From a virus, in the UHGV virus genome UHGV-0076424: 24,387 bases of DNA; one strand, given 5' to 3'. Shown one piece after another: positions 1 to 7,938 of this stretch. The translations under genes were made by a program, and so were the position numbers. The notes beneath the pieces were generated by a model, which saw nothing but the letters and a program-made list of their open reading frames with translations, was not told where the DNA came from and did not search any database. Each line of letters begins with the position of its first letter. Position 1 is the first letter of the stretch.

Positions 1-18
1 ATGAAGATTCCGACGTTA

Positions 19-243
19 CTAACTGAGTGTTGTATCTAATCGTGGGGGCAGGTCAAGCGCAATATCCTCGTTCTCCTGGTCGCGGCGTTTGATGTATTGC
101 TGGTTTCTTTCCCGTTCATCCAGCAGTTCCAGCACAATCGATGGTGTTACCAATTCATGGAAAAGGTCTGCGTCAAATCCCCAGTCGTCATGCATTGCCT
201 GCTCTGCCGCTTCACGCAGTGCCTGAGAGTTAATTTCGCTCAC
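19..243 (-). CDS. Hypothetical acidic 74-aa protein, distal gene of the early-left (pL) operon
   Basis: Intact ORF co-oriented with exo/bet; its start overlaps the stop of the upstream zinc-finger ORF by 4 nt. No family recognised. Confidence 0.4.
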   Translation of the reverse strand: MSEINSQALREAAEQAMHDDWGFDADLFHELVTPSIVLELLDERERNQQYIKRRDQENEDIALDLPPRLDTTLS

Positions 244-461
244 TTCGAACCTCTCTGTTTACTGATAAGTTCCAGATCCTCCTGGCAACTTGCACAAGTC
301 CGACAACCCTGAACGGCCAAGCGTCTTCGTTCATCTATCGGATCGCCACACTCACAACAATGAGTGGCAGATATAGCCTGGTGGTTCAGGCGGCGCATTT
401 TTATTGCTGTGTTGCGCTGTAATTCTTCAATTTCTGATGCTGAATCAATGATGTCTGCCAT
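240..461 (-). CDS. Small TraR/DksA-like C4 zinc-finger protein
   Basis: 73 aa with two Cys pairs (CCEC ... CRTC) spaced as in C4 zinc fingers; co-oriented in the early-left operon. Confidence 0.5.
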   Translation of the reverse strand: MADIIDSASEIEELQRNTAIKMRRLNHQAISATHCCECGDPIDERRRLAVQGCRTCASCQEDLELISKQRGSK

Positions 462-559
462 CTTTCATTAATCCCTGAATTGTTGGTTAATACGCTTGAG
501 GGTGAATGCGAATAATAAAAAAGGAGCCTGTAGCTCCATGATGATTTTGTTTTTCATGC

Positions 560-775
560 TCACCGTTCCTTAAAGACGCCGTTTAACATGCCGATCGCCA
601 GGCTTAAATGAGTCGGTGTGAATCCCATCAGCGTTACCGTTTCGCGGTGCTTCTTCAGTACGCTACGGCAAATGTCATCGACGTTTTTATCCGGAAACTG
701 CTGTCTGGCTTTTTTGATTTCAGAATTAGCCTGACGGGCAATACTGCGAAGGGCGTTTTCTTGCTGATGTGTCAT
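560..775 (-). CDS. Lambda orf61-like early protein
   Basis: From the internal Met (MTHQQENALRSIARQ...) the product matches lambda orf61 as recalled. The track ORF extends to 841, but that N-terminal extension is probably not translated. Confidence 0.6.
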   Translation of the reverse strand: MTHQQENALRSIARQANSEIKKARQQFPDKNVDDICRSVLKKHRETVTLMGFTPTHLSLAIGMLNGVFKER

Positions 776-851
776 TGAACAAGTCCCATGTCGGCAAGCA
801 TAAGCACACAGAATATGAAGCCCGCTGCCAGAAAAATGCATTCAGTGGTTG

Positions 852-1043
852 TCATACCTGGTCTCTCTCATCTGCTTCTGCTTTCGCCACCATCATTTCC
901 AGCTTTTGTGAAAGGGATGCGGCTAACGTATGAAATTCTTCGTCTGTTTCTACTGGTATTGGCACAAACCTGACTCCAATTTGAGCGAGGCTATGTGCCA
1001 TCTCAATGCTCGTTCTTAACTCAACAGGAGATGCTTTGTGCAT
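852..1043 (-). CDS. Lambda orf63-like early protein
   Basis: Product [23 protein letters not shown]... is near-identical to lambda orf63 as recalled. Confidence 0.65.
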   Translation of the reverse strand: MHKASPVELRTSIEMAHSLAQIGVRFVPIPVETDEEFHTLAASLSQKLEMMVAKAEADERDQV

Positions 1044-1204
1044 ACAGCTCCCCGTTTATTATTTATCTCCTCAGCCAGCCGCTGTGCTTTCAGGGGATTT
1101 CGGGTAACAGAAAGGCCGGGAAATACCCAGCCTCGCTTTGTAACGGAGTAGACGAAAGTGATCGCACCTACCCGGATATTATCGTGAGGATGCTTCATCG
1201 CCAT
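1016..1204 (-). CDS. Lambda orf60a-like early protein
   Basis: Product contains [24 protein letters not shown]..., matching lambda orf60a as recalled; overlaps both neighbours as in lambda. Confidence 0.6.
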   Translation of the reverse strand: MAMKHPHDNIRVGAITFVYSVTKRGWVFPGLSVTRNPLKAQRLAEEINNKRGAVCTKHLLLS

Positions 1205-1875
1205 TGTTCCCCAAATACAAAACCAATTTCAGCCAGTGCCTCGTCCATTTTTTCGATGAACTCCGGCACCATCTCGTCAAAACTCGCCATGTAATTTTCA
1301 TCCCGCTCAACCACGACATAATGCAGGCCTTCACGCTTCATTCGTGGGTCATAGTTGGCAAAGTACCAGGCATCTTTTCGTGTCACCCACATGCTGTACT
1401 GCACCTGGGCCATGTAAGCCGACTTTATGGCCTCGAAACCACCGAGCCGGAACTTCATGAAATCCCGGGAGGTAAACGGGCATTTCAGCTCAAGGCCGTT
1501 GCCGTCACTGCATAAACCATCGGGAGAGCAGGCGGTGCGCATACTTTCGTCGCGATAGATGATCGGGGATTCAGTAACATTCACGCCGGAAGTAAACTCA
1601 AACAGGGCTCTGGCGTCATTCTCGTACTGTTTTCCCCAGGCCAGCGCCTTAGCGTTAACTTCCGGAGCCACACCGGTGCAAATCTCAGCCAGCAGGGTGT
1701 GAAAGTAGGACATTTTCATGTCAGGCCACTTTTTACCGGAGCGGGGTTTTGCTATCACATTGTGAACTTCTGAAGCCGTGATGACGCCGAGTCGTAATTT
1801 GTTCCACGCATCATCTCCCTGTTCGACAGCTCTCACGTCGATCCCGGTACGCTGCAGGATAATGTCCGGTGTCAT
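1195..1875 (-). CDS. exo: Lambda exonuclease (Red-alpha)
   Basis: 226-aa product [24 protein letters not shown]... is near-identical to lambda Exo over its full length as recalled. Confidence 0.95.
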   Translation of the reverse strand: MTPDIILQRTGIDVRAVEQGDDAWNKLRLGVITASEVHNVIAKPRSGKKWPDMKMSYFHTLLAEICTGVAPEVNAKALAWGKQYENDARALFEFTSGVNVTESPIIYRDESMRTACSPDGLCSDGNGLELKCPFTSRDFMKFRLGGFEAIKSAYMAQVQYSMWVTRKDAWYFANYDPRMKREGLHYVVVERDENYMASFDEMVPEFIEKMDEALAEIGFVFGEQWR

Positions 1876-2657
1876 GCAGCCACCTTCTGCTCAGAGGCTT
1901 TCTGTTTCAGGAATCCAAGAGCTTTCACTGCTTCGGCCTGTGTCAGTTCTGACGATGCGCGAATGTCGCGGCGAAATATCTGGGAACAGAGCGGCAATAA
2001 GTCGTCATCCCATGTTTTATCCAGGGCAATCAGCAGAGTGTTAATCTCCTGCATGGTTTCATCGTTAACCGGAGTGATGTCGCGTTCCGGCTGACGTTCT
2101 GCAGTGTATGCGGTATTTTCGACAATGCGCTCGGCTTCATCCTTGTCATAGATACCAGCAAATCCGAAGGCCAGACGGGCACACTGAATCATGGCTTTAT
2201 GACGTAACATCCGTTTGGGATGCGACTGCCACGGCCCCGTGATTTCTCTGCCTTCGCGGGTTTTGAATGGTTCGCGGCGGCATTCATCCATCCACTCGGT
2301 AACGCAGATCGGATGATTACGGTCCTTGCGGTAAATCCGGCATGTGCAGGATTCATTGTCCTGCTCAAAGTCCATGCCATCAAACTGCTGGTTTTCATTG
2401 ATGATACGGGACCAGCCATCAACGCCCACCACCGGAACGATGCCGTTCTGCTTATCAGGGAAGGCGTAAATTTCTTTCGTCCACGGATTAAGGCCGTACT
2501 GGTTGGCGACGATCAACAATGCGATGAACTGCGCATCGCTGGCATCACCTTTAAATGCCGTCTGGCGAAGAGTGGTGATCAGTTCCTGTGGGTCGACAGA
2601 ATCCATGCCGACACGTTCAGCCAGCTTCCCTGCCAGCGTTGCGAGTGCTGTACTCAT
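1872..2657 (-). CDS. bet: Lambda Bet single-strand annealing protein (Red-beta)
   Basis: 261-aa product [48 protein letters not shown]... matches lambda Bet; 4-nt overlap with exo. Confidence 0.95.
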   Translation of the reverse strand: MSTALATLAGKLAERVGMDSVDPQELITTLRQTAFKGDASDAQFIALLIVANQYGLNPWTKEIYAFPDKQNGIVPVVGVDGWSRIINENQQFDGMDFEQDNESCTCRIYRKDRNHPICVTEWMDECRREPFKTREGREITGPWQSHPKRMLRHKAMIQCARLAFGFAGIYDKDEAERIVENTAYTAERQPERDITPVNDETMQEINTLLIALDKTWDDDLLPLCSQIFRRDIRASSELTQAEAVKALGFLKQKASEQKVAA

Positions 2658-2662
2658 CCGTT

Positions 2663-2959
2663 TTATACCTCTGAATCAATATCAAACTGGTGGTGAGCAA
2701 TGATTTCAACCATGTACCGGATGTGTTCTGCCATGCGCTCCTGAAACTCAACATCGTCATCAAACGCACGGGTAATGGCTTTTTTGCTGGCCCCGTGGCG
2801 TTGCAAATGATCGATGCATAGCGATTCAAACAGGTGCTGGGGCAGGCCTTTTTCCATGTCGTCTGCCAGTTCTGCCTCTTTCTCTTCACGGGCGATCTGC
2901 TGGTAGTGACGCGCCCAGCTCTGAGCCTCAAGACGATCCTGAATGTAATAAGCGTTCAT
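2663..2959 (-). CDS. gam: Gam, RecBCD inhibitor (short GamS-length form)
   Basis: 98-aa product [21 protein letters not shown]... matches the C-terminal 98 aa of lambda Gam. AGGAG RBS is upstream. The lambda-like sequence upstream stops where the GamL N-terminal extension would be. Confidence 0.9.
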   Translation of the reverse strand: MNAYYIQDRLEAQSWARHYQQIAREEKEAELADDMEKGLPQHLFESLCIDHLQRHGASKKAITRAFDDDVEFQERMAEHIRYMVEIIAHHQFDIDSEV

Positions 2960-3034
2960 GGCTGAACTCCTGAAATAGCTGTGAAAATATCGTCCGCGAA
3001 ATGCCAGGCTGATTAGGAAAACAGGAAAGGGGGG

Positions 3035-3325
3035 TTAGTGATTCAGGCCGTTACCGCGTCCGTCGAGAAAAACTTCCACGAGCAAATCACGGGTATAAGT
3101 GCGCTCGATGCCGCGATGCAGATAAAGCCGTCCGCGTAAATTAGCTGATGCAGTCCAGGTACCATCTTTGTGTTTGACCAGCATTCCTGGCATGACCGCA
3201 CCTCGATTAACGGTCTGCGTTCCGTAATGTTGATGAACCATAAAAACTCCTGCCCGTAAGCTGGGCTGCTGAACATATAAAGACTTCTGCGCGTATTCAG
3301 GCGGTGGATGGCCGCCGGTTGTCAT
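3035..3325 (-). CDS. Hypothetical 96-aa protein in the kil/cIII position (first gene after pL)
   Basis: Intact ORF immediately upstream of gam in transcription order. Not recognisably lambda Kil or cIII and not arginine-rich like N. An alternative overlapping frame exists (3043..3276). Confidence 0.4.
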   Translation of the reverse strand: MTTGGHPPPEYAQKSLYVQQPSLRAGVFMVHQHYGTQTVNRGAVMPGMLVKHKDGTWTASANLRGRLYLHRGIERTYTRDLLVEVFLDGRGNGLNH

Positions 3326-3497
3326 AACTAAGTCGCCTCGTTGAAGCGACTAAGGTATGAAATGTTGAGTTAATTTCAGCTGGTCACACCGACGTTCACG
3401 CGTCCGTTTCACCCCTCGCACTCCCCGGAGCCTGCTGAAATTCAAGCTGCGGATCTAAGCGGTCATCGCAACGGTGAATCAGGTGATTGCCGTATCG

Positions 3498-3600
3498 TTG
3501 TGTTGTTGCGATGAATTCATTTAAAACTATAGTTGTTTTATCGTCAACAACAAAAGTTGTTTTATTGGTTGTTTTAGATATAACTGGTTGTATTTAAGAT
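3498..3600 (-). promoter_or_regulatory. Candidate pL promoter with OL operators
   Basis: Minus strand reads TTGACG, a 17-nt spacer, then TTAAAT (plus 3542-3547 and 3519-3524). The spacer carries AAAACAACTATAGTTTT, which matches the pR spacer operator AAAACAACCATAGTTTT with one change. More GGTTGTT/AACAAC repeats lie at 3545-3593. Confidence 0.5.
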
Positions 3601-3683
3601 GGATTTATTTTGTGACTTGCATCGCATAGCGATAACTGAAGCGAGGTCGTGGTGGTTTTTTGAACGGTTTGTGTGATGAGGGG

Positions 3684-3717
3684 AGGCAAAAGAAAACCCG
3701 GCACTGGGGCCGGGTTT
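3684..3717 (-). terminator. Intrinsic terminator ending the cI-cassette transcript (timm-like)
   Basis: 8-bp GC-rich stem AACCCGGC/GCCGGGTT with a 6-nt loop, followed on the minus strand by TTTTCTTTT; sits just downstream of the 146-aa gene. Confidence 0.55.
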
Positions 3718-3792
3718 AGATGGATAAGAAAGGGTAATAGGGAATGAAAAATCGCTTTGCGTAATGCAAGGTGGCGAGCAGTTTCTTAAGCA

Positions 3793-4233
3793 CTAAAGAA
3801 AAAAGTACATTGATAGCTTATAAAGACCTGTTCCTGCAGCGATGATTGCTGGAACACCAAGCAATACCGCAAGCTTTGCGTCTGAAATCTTTCTATCGAC
3901 AGCATCGATGGAGGGTTTTTTGGCTAGTGAATCTTTTATTGAATCGAGTCGCTCCAGAACAGCGATCATGTTTCTGTCGATAGATTTGACATCTGTCTTA
4001 AGCTCATCAACGTCACGTCGGATATAGGACACATCAGACTCAAGCTTTGCAACTTTCGATTCAAGCACATTATTACTCCCAGAGCCACCGCTACCACTTG
4101 ATTGTAGCATAGGTACATTACCGCCAGACATACCAGCTGATTGAGAAAATGCTGCAGTGTGCAAAGATGATGATCTTGCCGCTTGTTCAAGCTTTTCAGT
4201 TAGGTTTGGAGCTTCGTAATAACCGTGTTTCAT
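3793..4233 (-). CDS. Coiled-coil protein with C-terminal transmembrane anchor (XhlA-like architecture), rexB-position gene
   Basis: 146 aa: Ser/Gly-rich N-terminus, heptad-like segment (VLESKVAKLESDVSYIRRDVDELKTDVKSIDRNMIAVLERLDSIKDSLAKK), hydrophobic C-terminus (LAVLLGVPAIIAAGTGLYKL). Low GC compared with the flanking lambda genes. Confidence 0.6.
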   Translation of the reverse strand: MKHGYYEAPNLTEKLEQAARSSSLHTAAFSQSAGMSGGNVPMLQSSGSGGSGSNNVLESKVAKLESDVSYIRRDVDELKTDVKSIDRNMIAVLERLDSIKDSLAKKPSIDAVDRKISDAKLAVLLGVPAIIAAGTGLYKLSMYFFL

Positions 4234-4241
4234 TGTTAATA

Positions 4242-4511
4242 TTATGACTTATTGGTTTTAGCTCTATCATGCTGATCGCGAATAAAGTCAGCGAGTTTAA
4301 GCATTAAATCTTCCGTCATGCGAATTGTTGCAATGTTGTACTTTACGTTTTCAGTGTCATTACTACCATCAGCGCCCCATTCTGTAACATGCTGAAAGAA
4401 AGATATGGAGCCTAAGCGATCGTCATCTTCCCCAAAAGATGAATATCCAAATGCATCAGCATATGCATCTACACAGTTATTTGATTTTTTTATAAGTTTT
4501 TTATCACTCAT
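4242..4511 (-). CDS. Hypothetical acidic 89-aa protein, rexA-position gene
   Basis: Intact ORF 80 nt downstream of the cI stop and 8 nt upstream of the 146-aa gene; low GC; no family recognised. Confidence 0.55.
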   Translation of the reverse strand: MSDKKLIKKSNNCVDAYADAFGYSSFGEDDDRLGSISFFQHVTEWGADGSNDTENVKYNIATIRMTEDLMLKLADFIRDQHDRAKTNKS

Positions 4512-4590
4512 TTTTGCCTTTCCCGTAATGTTATTTTTATAAAGAATTCTTTCAGCGCATTACCCAAAAGCCTCATCAGCACGCAGCTGA

Positions 4591-5280
4591 TTATCCGTGT
4601 TTCCTATACGTCTGCGGCATACTGCCAATAACCTTCCCGAAAATGAACACCCGGTTCATCTCGTCTTTCTCGATCGGGTCCCACGGTGAGTAGCTCTTGT
4701 TATCAGAGATAACCAGTAGCTTATCTTTCATCATTTGCAGGCGCTTTACATGGGCTGTGTCGTCGTACAGAAACGCATAGATACCATCACCGTCGAAAGA
4801 TTTAACCGTGATATCAACGAACAGCAGATCACCTGGTTCGATCGTTCCTGACATGCTGTCACCACGCACGTTAATGATGCGGATATTTTCCGCCTTCCTG
4901 CCATCGAACATGTGACGAGCATCGTCAAACGAGTACTCAACCGAGCGTAGAACTTCTACAAATTCACGGTTGATGACTCCCGGCCCGGCACTCACTTCTA
5001 TATCAAGAACGTCAATCTTAAAGTATTTGGAATGGCTGACAGTTGATTGTATTGGTTGCACTGTACTGTCTGACATATTTCCAACGCCAGAAGATAACCA
5101 TTCTGCGCGCACACCCAAAGCGTTCGCGATCTCCACGATTTTAGTTGTTTGGTTAGCTTTCCCTGTTTCGATTTTCTGAATAGCAGCTTGGCTAACCCCG
5201 ACCAAATCCCCAAGCGCCTTTTGTGTAAGGCCTCGCGCTAATCTGGCTTCTTTAAGTCTTTCTGAGAGTGTTGTTTTCAT
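4591..5280 (-). CDS. cI-type prophage repressor (HTH plus S24 LexA-like autopeptidase domain)
   Basis: 229 aa from the Met at 5280 (MKTTLSERLKEARLARGLTQKALGDLVGVSQAAIQKIE...). HTH motif, Ala-Gly cleavage site (VSAGPG), GDSM catalytic Ser and a downstream Lys (HVKRL). Divergent to the cro-like gene. Confidence 0.9.
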   Translation of the reverse strand: MKTTLSERLKEARLARGLTQKALGDLVGVSQAAIQKIETGKANQTTKIVEIANALGVRAEWLSSGVGNMSDSTVQPIQSTVSHSKYFKIDVLDIEVSAGPGVINREFVEVLRSVEYSFDDARHMFDGRKAENIRIINVRGDSMSGTIEPGDLLFVDITVKSFDGDGIYAFLYDDTAHVKRLQMMKDKLLVISDNKSYSPWDPIEKDEMNRVFIFGKVIGSMPQTYRKHG

Positions 5281-5384
5281 AGTCCAAATGTACAACCAAG
5301 GTTTTATTCCATCAAACGAAAATGGTTGTTGACTAAAAACAACCATAGTTTTAATCTTGATTCAAATTAACCACGGAGGTTGTT
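5281..5384. promoter_or_regulatory. OR operator region with pR (and presumably pRM)
   Basis: pR: TTGACT (5329-5334), 17-nt spacer, TAATCT (5352-5357), GGAGG RBS, ATG at 5385. Palindromic AACAACCAT/ATGGTTGTT operator motifs are repeated three times. Confidence 0.6.
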
Positions 5385-5615
5385 ATGAATCCAGCTATCA
5401 AAACAGCGATCAATATCGTTGGTTCACAAAAGAAACTGGGCGCTGCCTGCGAAGTTTCACAGCAGGCCGTCTATAAGTGGCTTCACAACAAAGCAAAGGT
5501 ATCCCCTGAACATGTCGGCAGCATTGTTACGGCTACTGGTGGAGTAGTGAAGGCATACCAGATTCGCCCGGATCTTCCGAAGTTGTTTCCACACACCGAA
5601 AAGAACGCAGCTTAA
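5385..5615 (+). CDS. Cro/YdaS-like HTH regulator
   Basis: 76 aa with an HTH (SQKKLGAACEVSQQAVYKWL); first gene rightward from pR, divergent from cI. Confidence 0.75.
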   Translation: MNPAIKTAINIVGSQKKLGAACEVSQQAVYKWLHNKAKVSPEHVGSIVTATGGVVKAYQIRPDLPKLFPHTEKNAA

Positions 5616-5684
5616 ATTTCCATTTCACGCTCTTTAACAATAAGCAATCAACTTAACAGTCAATTCAAACTAAAGGAGTCAATT

Positions 5685-6224
5685 ATGCAACCACTTACAT
5701 ACCAACAGACTAGCGGATTTAGCCCGACTGCGGTGATAAATCGTTCTCAAACAAAACAGGTGCCAGGCCACGAAAAAATCCGTGATGCCGTCCGCGCCTG
5801 GTCGGCTGAAGATAATCAGGATGTCGTTGCCACACTCATTGTGAATGAGTATCGGGAGCAGGGCGGCGGCACTATCGATTTCCCTGATGATGTCAGCCGT
5901 GCACGCCAGAAGCTGTTCCGCTTCCTCGATAACAAATTCGATTCTGAAAAATACCGAAATAACGTGCGTGAACTGACCCCGGCAATTCTGGCGGTACTAC
6001 CGCTGGAATATCGCGGCCACCTGGTTGAGCAGGATAGCTTCATGGCTCGGCTGGCTGAAATGGAAAAGGAACTCTGTGAGGCAAAGCAGGCGGTCATTCT
6101 CAACGCACCACGCCACCAGAAACTGAAGGAGATGAGTGAAGGCATTGTGTCGATGTTTCGAGTGGACCCGGATCTGGCTGGTCCATTGATGGCGATGGTC
6201 ACCACCATGCTGGGGGCAATATGA
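5685..6224 (+). CDS. cII-position protein, possibly YdaT-family (CII-like) regulator
   Basis: 179-aa ORF with AGGAG RBS between cro-like and O; the EYREQGGG segment resembles my recollection of Rac YdaT. Its stop overlaps an in-frame upstream ATG of O (ATGA). Confidence 0.55.
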   Translation: MQPLTYQQTSGFSPTAVINRSQTKQVPGHEKIRDAVRAWSAEDNQDVVATLIVNEYREQGGGTIDFPDDVSRARQKLFRFLDNKFDSEKYRNNVRELTPAILAVLPLEYRGHLVEQDSFMARLAEMEKELCEAKQAVILNAPRHQKLKEMSEGIVSMFRVDPDLAGPLMAMVTTMLGAI

Positions 6225-6310
6225 CAGGTTCAAAAATGGCGAAAGTCGGTCTGCGGGAACAGAACCGACTTTCAGGTGCAAATCGTAACACACTCATTGC
6301 GGGAGGAATT

Positions 6311-7240
6311 ATGGCAAACACTGCTGAGATATTCAATTTTCCTGTGCCGGATGTGGCACAAAAGGAGCGGCGCGTGGCAGATCTCGATGATGGTTATACG
6401 CGCATTGCAAATGAGTTGCTGGAAGCTGTGATGCTGGCCGGATTAACACAGCACCAGCTTCTGGTCTTTCTGGCTGTCATGCGCAAAACATATGGCTTTA
6501 ATAAAAAACTGGATTGGGTTAGCAACGAGCAACTTTCCGAATTAACCGGGATATTGCCGCACAAGTGTTCTGCTGCAAAAAGTGTTCTGGTAAAGCGTGG
6601 GATTTTTATTCAGAGCGGGCGGAATATCGGCATCAATAATGTGGTCAGTGAATGGTCAACATTACCCGAATCGGGTAAGAAAAATAAAGTTTACCTGAAA
6701 GAGGTAAATTTACCTGAATCAGGTAAGAAAAGTTTACCTAAATCAGGTAAAGGCGTTTACCCGAATCAGGTAAACACAAAAGACAAACTAACAAAAGACA
6801 ATATAAAACCTTTTTCGTCCGAGAATTCTGGCGAATCCTCTGACCAACCAGAAAACGATCTTCCTGTGGAGAAACCAGATGCTGCAATTCAGAGCGGCAG
6901 CAGGTGGGGGACAGCAGAAGACCTGACCGCCGCAGAGTGGATGTTTGACATGGTGAAGACCATCGCGCCATCAGCCAGAAAACCGAATTTTGCAGGGTGG
7001 GCTAACGATATCCGCCTGATGCGTGAACGTGACGGACGTAACCACCGCGACATGTGCGTGCTGTTCCGCTGGGCATGCCAGGACAACTTCTGGTCCGGTA
7101 ACGTGCTAAGTCCGGCCAAACTCCGCGACAAGTGGACCCAACTCGAAATCAACCGTAACAAGCAACAGGCTGGTGTGACTGCCAGCAAACCAAAACTCGA
7201 CCTGACGAACACTGACTGGATTTACGGGGTGGAGCTATGA
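6311..7240 (+). CDS. O: Replication initiator O (non-lambda N-terminal domain, lambda-type C-terminal domain)
   Basis: Start chosen at the ATG preceded by GGGAGG (MANTAEIFNF...), aligning with lambda O MTNTAKILNF. C-terminal ~150 aa (SSENSGESSDQPENDL...WIYGVEL) is near-identical to lambda O. The track ORF starts at 6221. Confidence 0.9.
   Translation: MANTAEIFNFPVPDVAQKERRVADLDDGYTRIANELLEAVMLAGLTQHQLLVFLAVMRKTYGFNKKLDWVSNEQLSELTGILPHKCSAAKSVLVKRGIFIQSGRNIGINNVVSEWSTLPESGKKNKVYLKEVNLPESGKKSLPKSGKGVYPNQVNTKDKLTKDNIKPFSSENSGESSDQPENDLPVEKPDAAIQSGSRWGTAEDLTAAEWMFDMVKTIAPSARKPNFAGWANDIRLMRERDGRNHRDMCVLFRWACQDNFWSGNVLSPAKLRDKWTQLEINRNKQQAGVTASKPKLDLTNTDWIYGVEL
6660..6810. repeat. Origin of replication: five palindromic iterons plus AT-rich tract inside O
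   Basis: Five ~19-bp repeats close to TTTACCTGAATCAGGTAAA, followed by the A-rich tract ACAAAAGACAAACTAACAAAAGACAATATAAAACC; same position as ori-lambda within O. Confidence 0.7.
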
Positions 7241-7938
7241 AAAACATCGCCGCACAGATGGTTAACTTTGACTGTGAGCAGATGCGCCGGATCGCCAACA
7301 ACATGCCGGAACAGTACGACGAAAAGCCACAGGTACAGCAGGTAGCGCAGATCATCAACGGTGTGTTAAGCCAGTTACTGGCAACTTTCCCGGCGAGCCT
7401 GGCTAACCGTGACCAGAATGAACTGAACGAAATCCGCCGCCAGTGGGTTCTGGCTTTCCGGGAAAACGGGATCACCACAATGGAACAGGTTAACGCTGGA
7501 ATGCGCGTAGCCCGTCGGCAGAATCGACCATTCCTGCCATCACCCGGGCAGTTTGTCGCCTGGTGCCGGGAAGAAGCATCTGTTAACGCCGGGCTGCCAA
7601 ACGTCAGCGAGCTGGTTGATATGGTTTACGAGTATTGCCGGAAGCGTGGCCTGTATCCGGATGCAGAGTCTTATCCGTGGAAATCGAACGCGCATTACTG
7701 GTTGGTTACCAACTTGTACCAGAACATGCGGGCCAATGCGCTGACTGACGCGGAATTACGGCGCAAGGCTGCCGATGAACTGACCTGTATGACAGCGCGA
7801 ATTAACCGTGGTGAGACGATACCTGAACCAGTAAAACAACTTCCTGTTATGGGCGGTAGACCTCTAAATCGTGCACAGGCTCTGGCGAAGATCGCAGAAA
7901 TTAAAGCTAAGTTCGGACTGAAAGGAGCAAGTGTATGA
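7237..7938 (+). CDS. P: Replication protein P (helicase loader)
   Basis: 233-aa product MKNIAAQMVNFDCEQMRRIANNMPEQYDEKPQVQQ... is near-identical to lambda P; ATGA overlap with O. Confidence 0.95.
   Translation: MKNIAAQMVNFDCEQMRRIANNMPEQYDEKPQVQQVAQIINGVLSQLLATFPASLANRDQNELNEIRRQWVLAFRENGITTMEQVNAGMRVARRQNRPFLPSPGQFVAWCREEASVNAGLPNVSELVDMVYEYCRKRGLYPDAESYPWKSNAHYWLVTNLYQNMRANALTDAELRRKAADELTCMTARINRGETIPEPVKQLPVMGGRPLNRAQALAKIAEIKAKFGLKGASV

Noticed and set aside
97-312. 71-aa plus-strand ORF at the left edge
   Set aside because: Antisense to two co-oriented early-left genes, one with a clear zinc-finger signature; no start context.
5281-5346. N-terminal extension of the cI ORF to 5346 (MVVFSQQPF...)
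   Set aside because: The extension would run through the OR operators and the pR -35 region. The internal Met at 5280 gives a canonical repressor N-terminus, so the shorter form is preferred.
5816-6293. Minus-strand ORFs of 130 aa and 98 aa
   Set aside because: Antisense to the cII-position gene and the start of O, which sit in the expected pR operon context; no RBS or promoter support.
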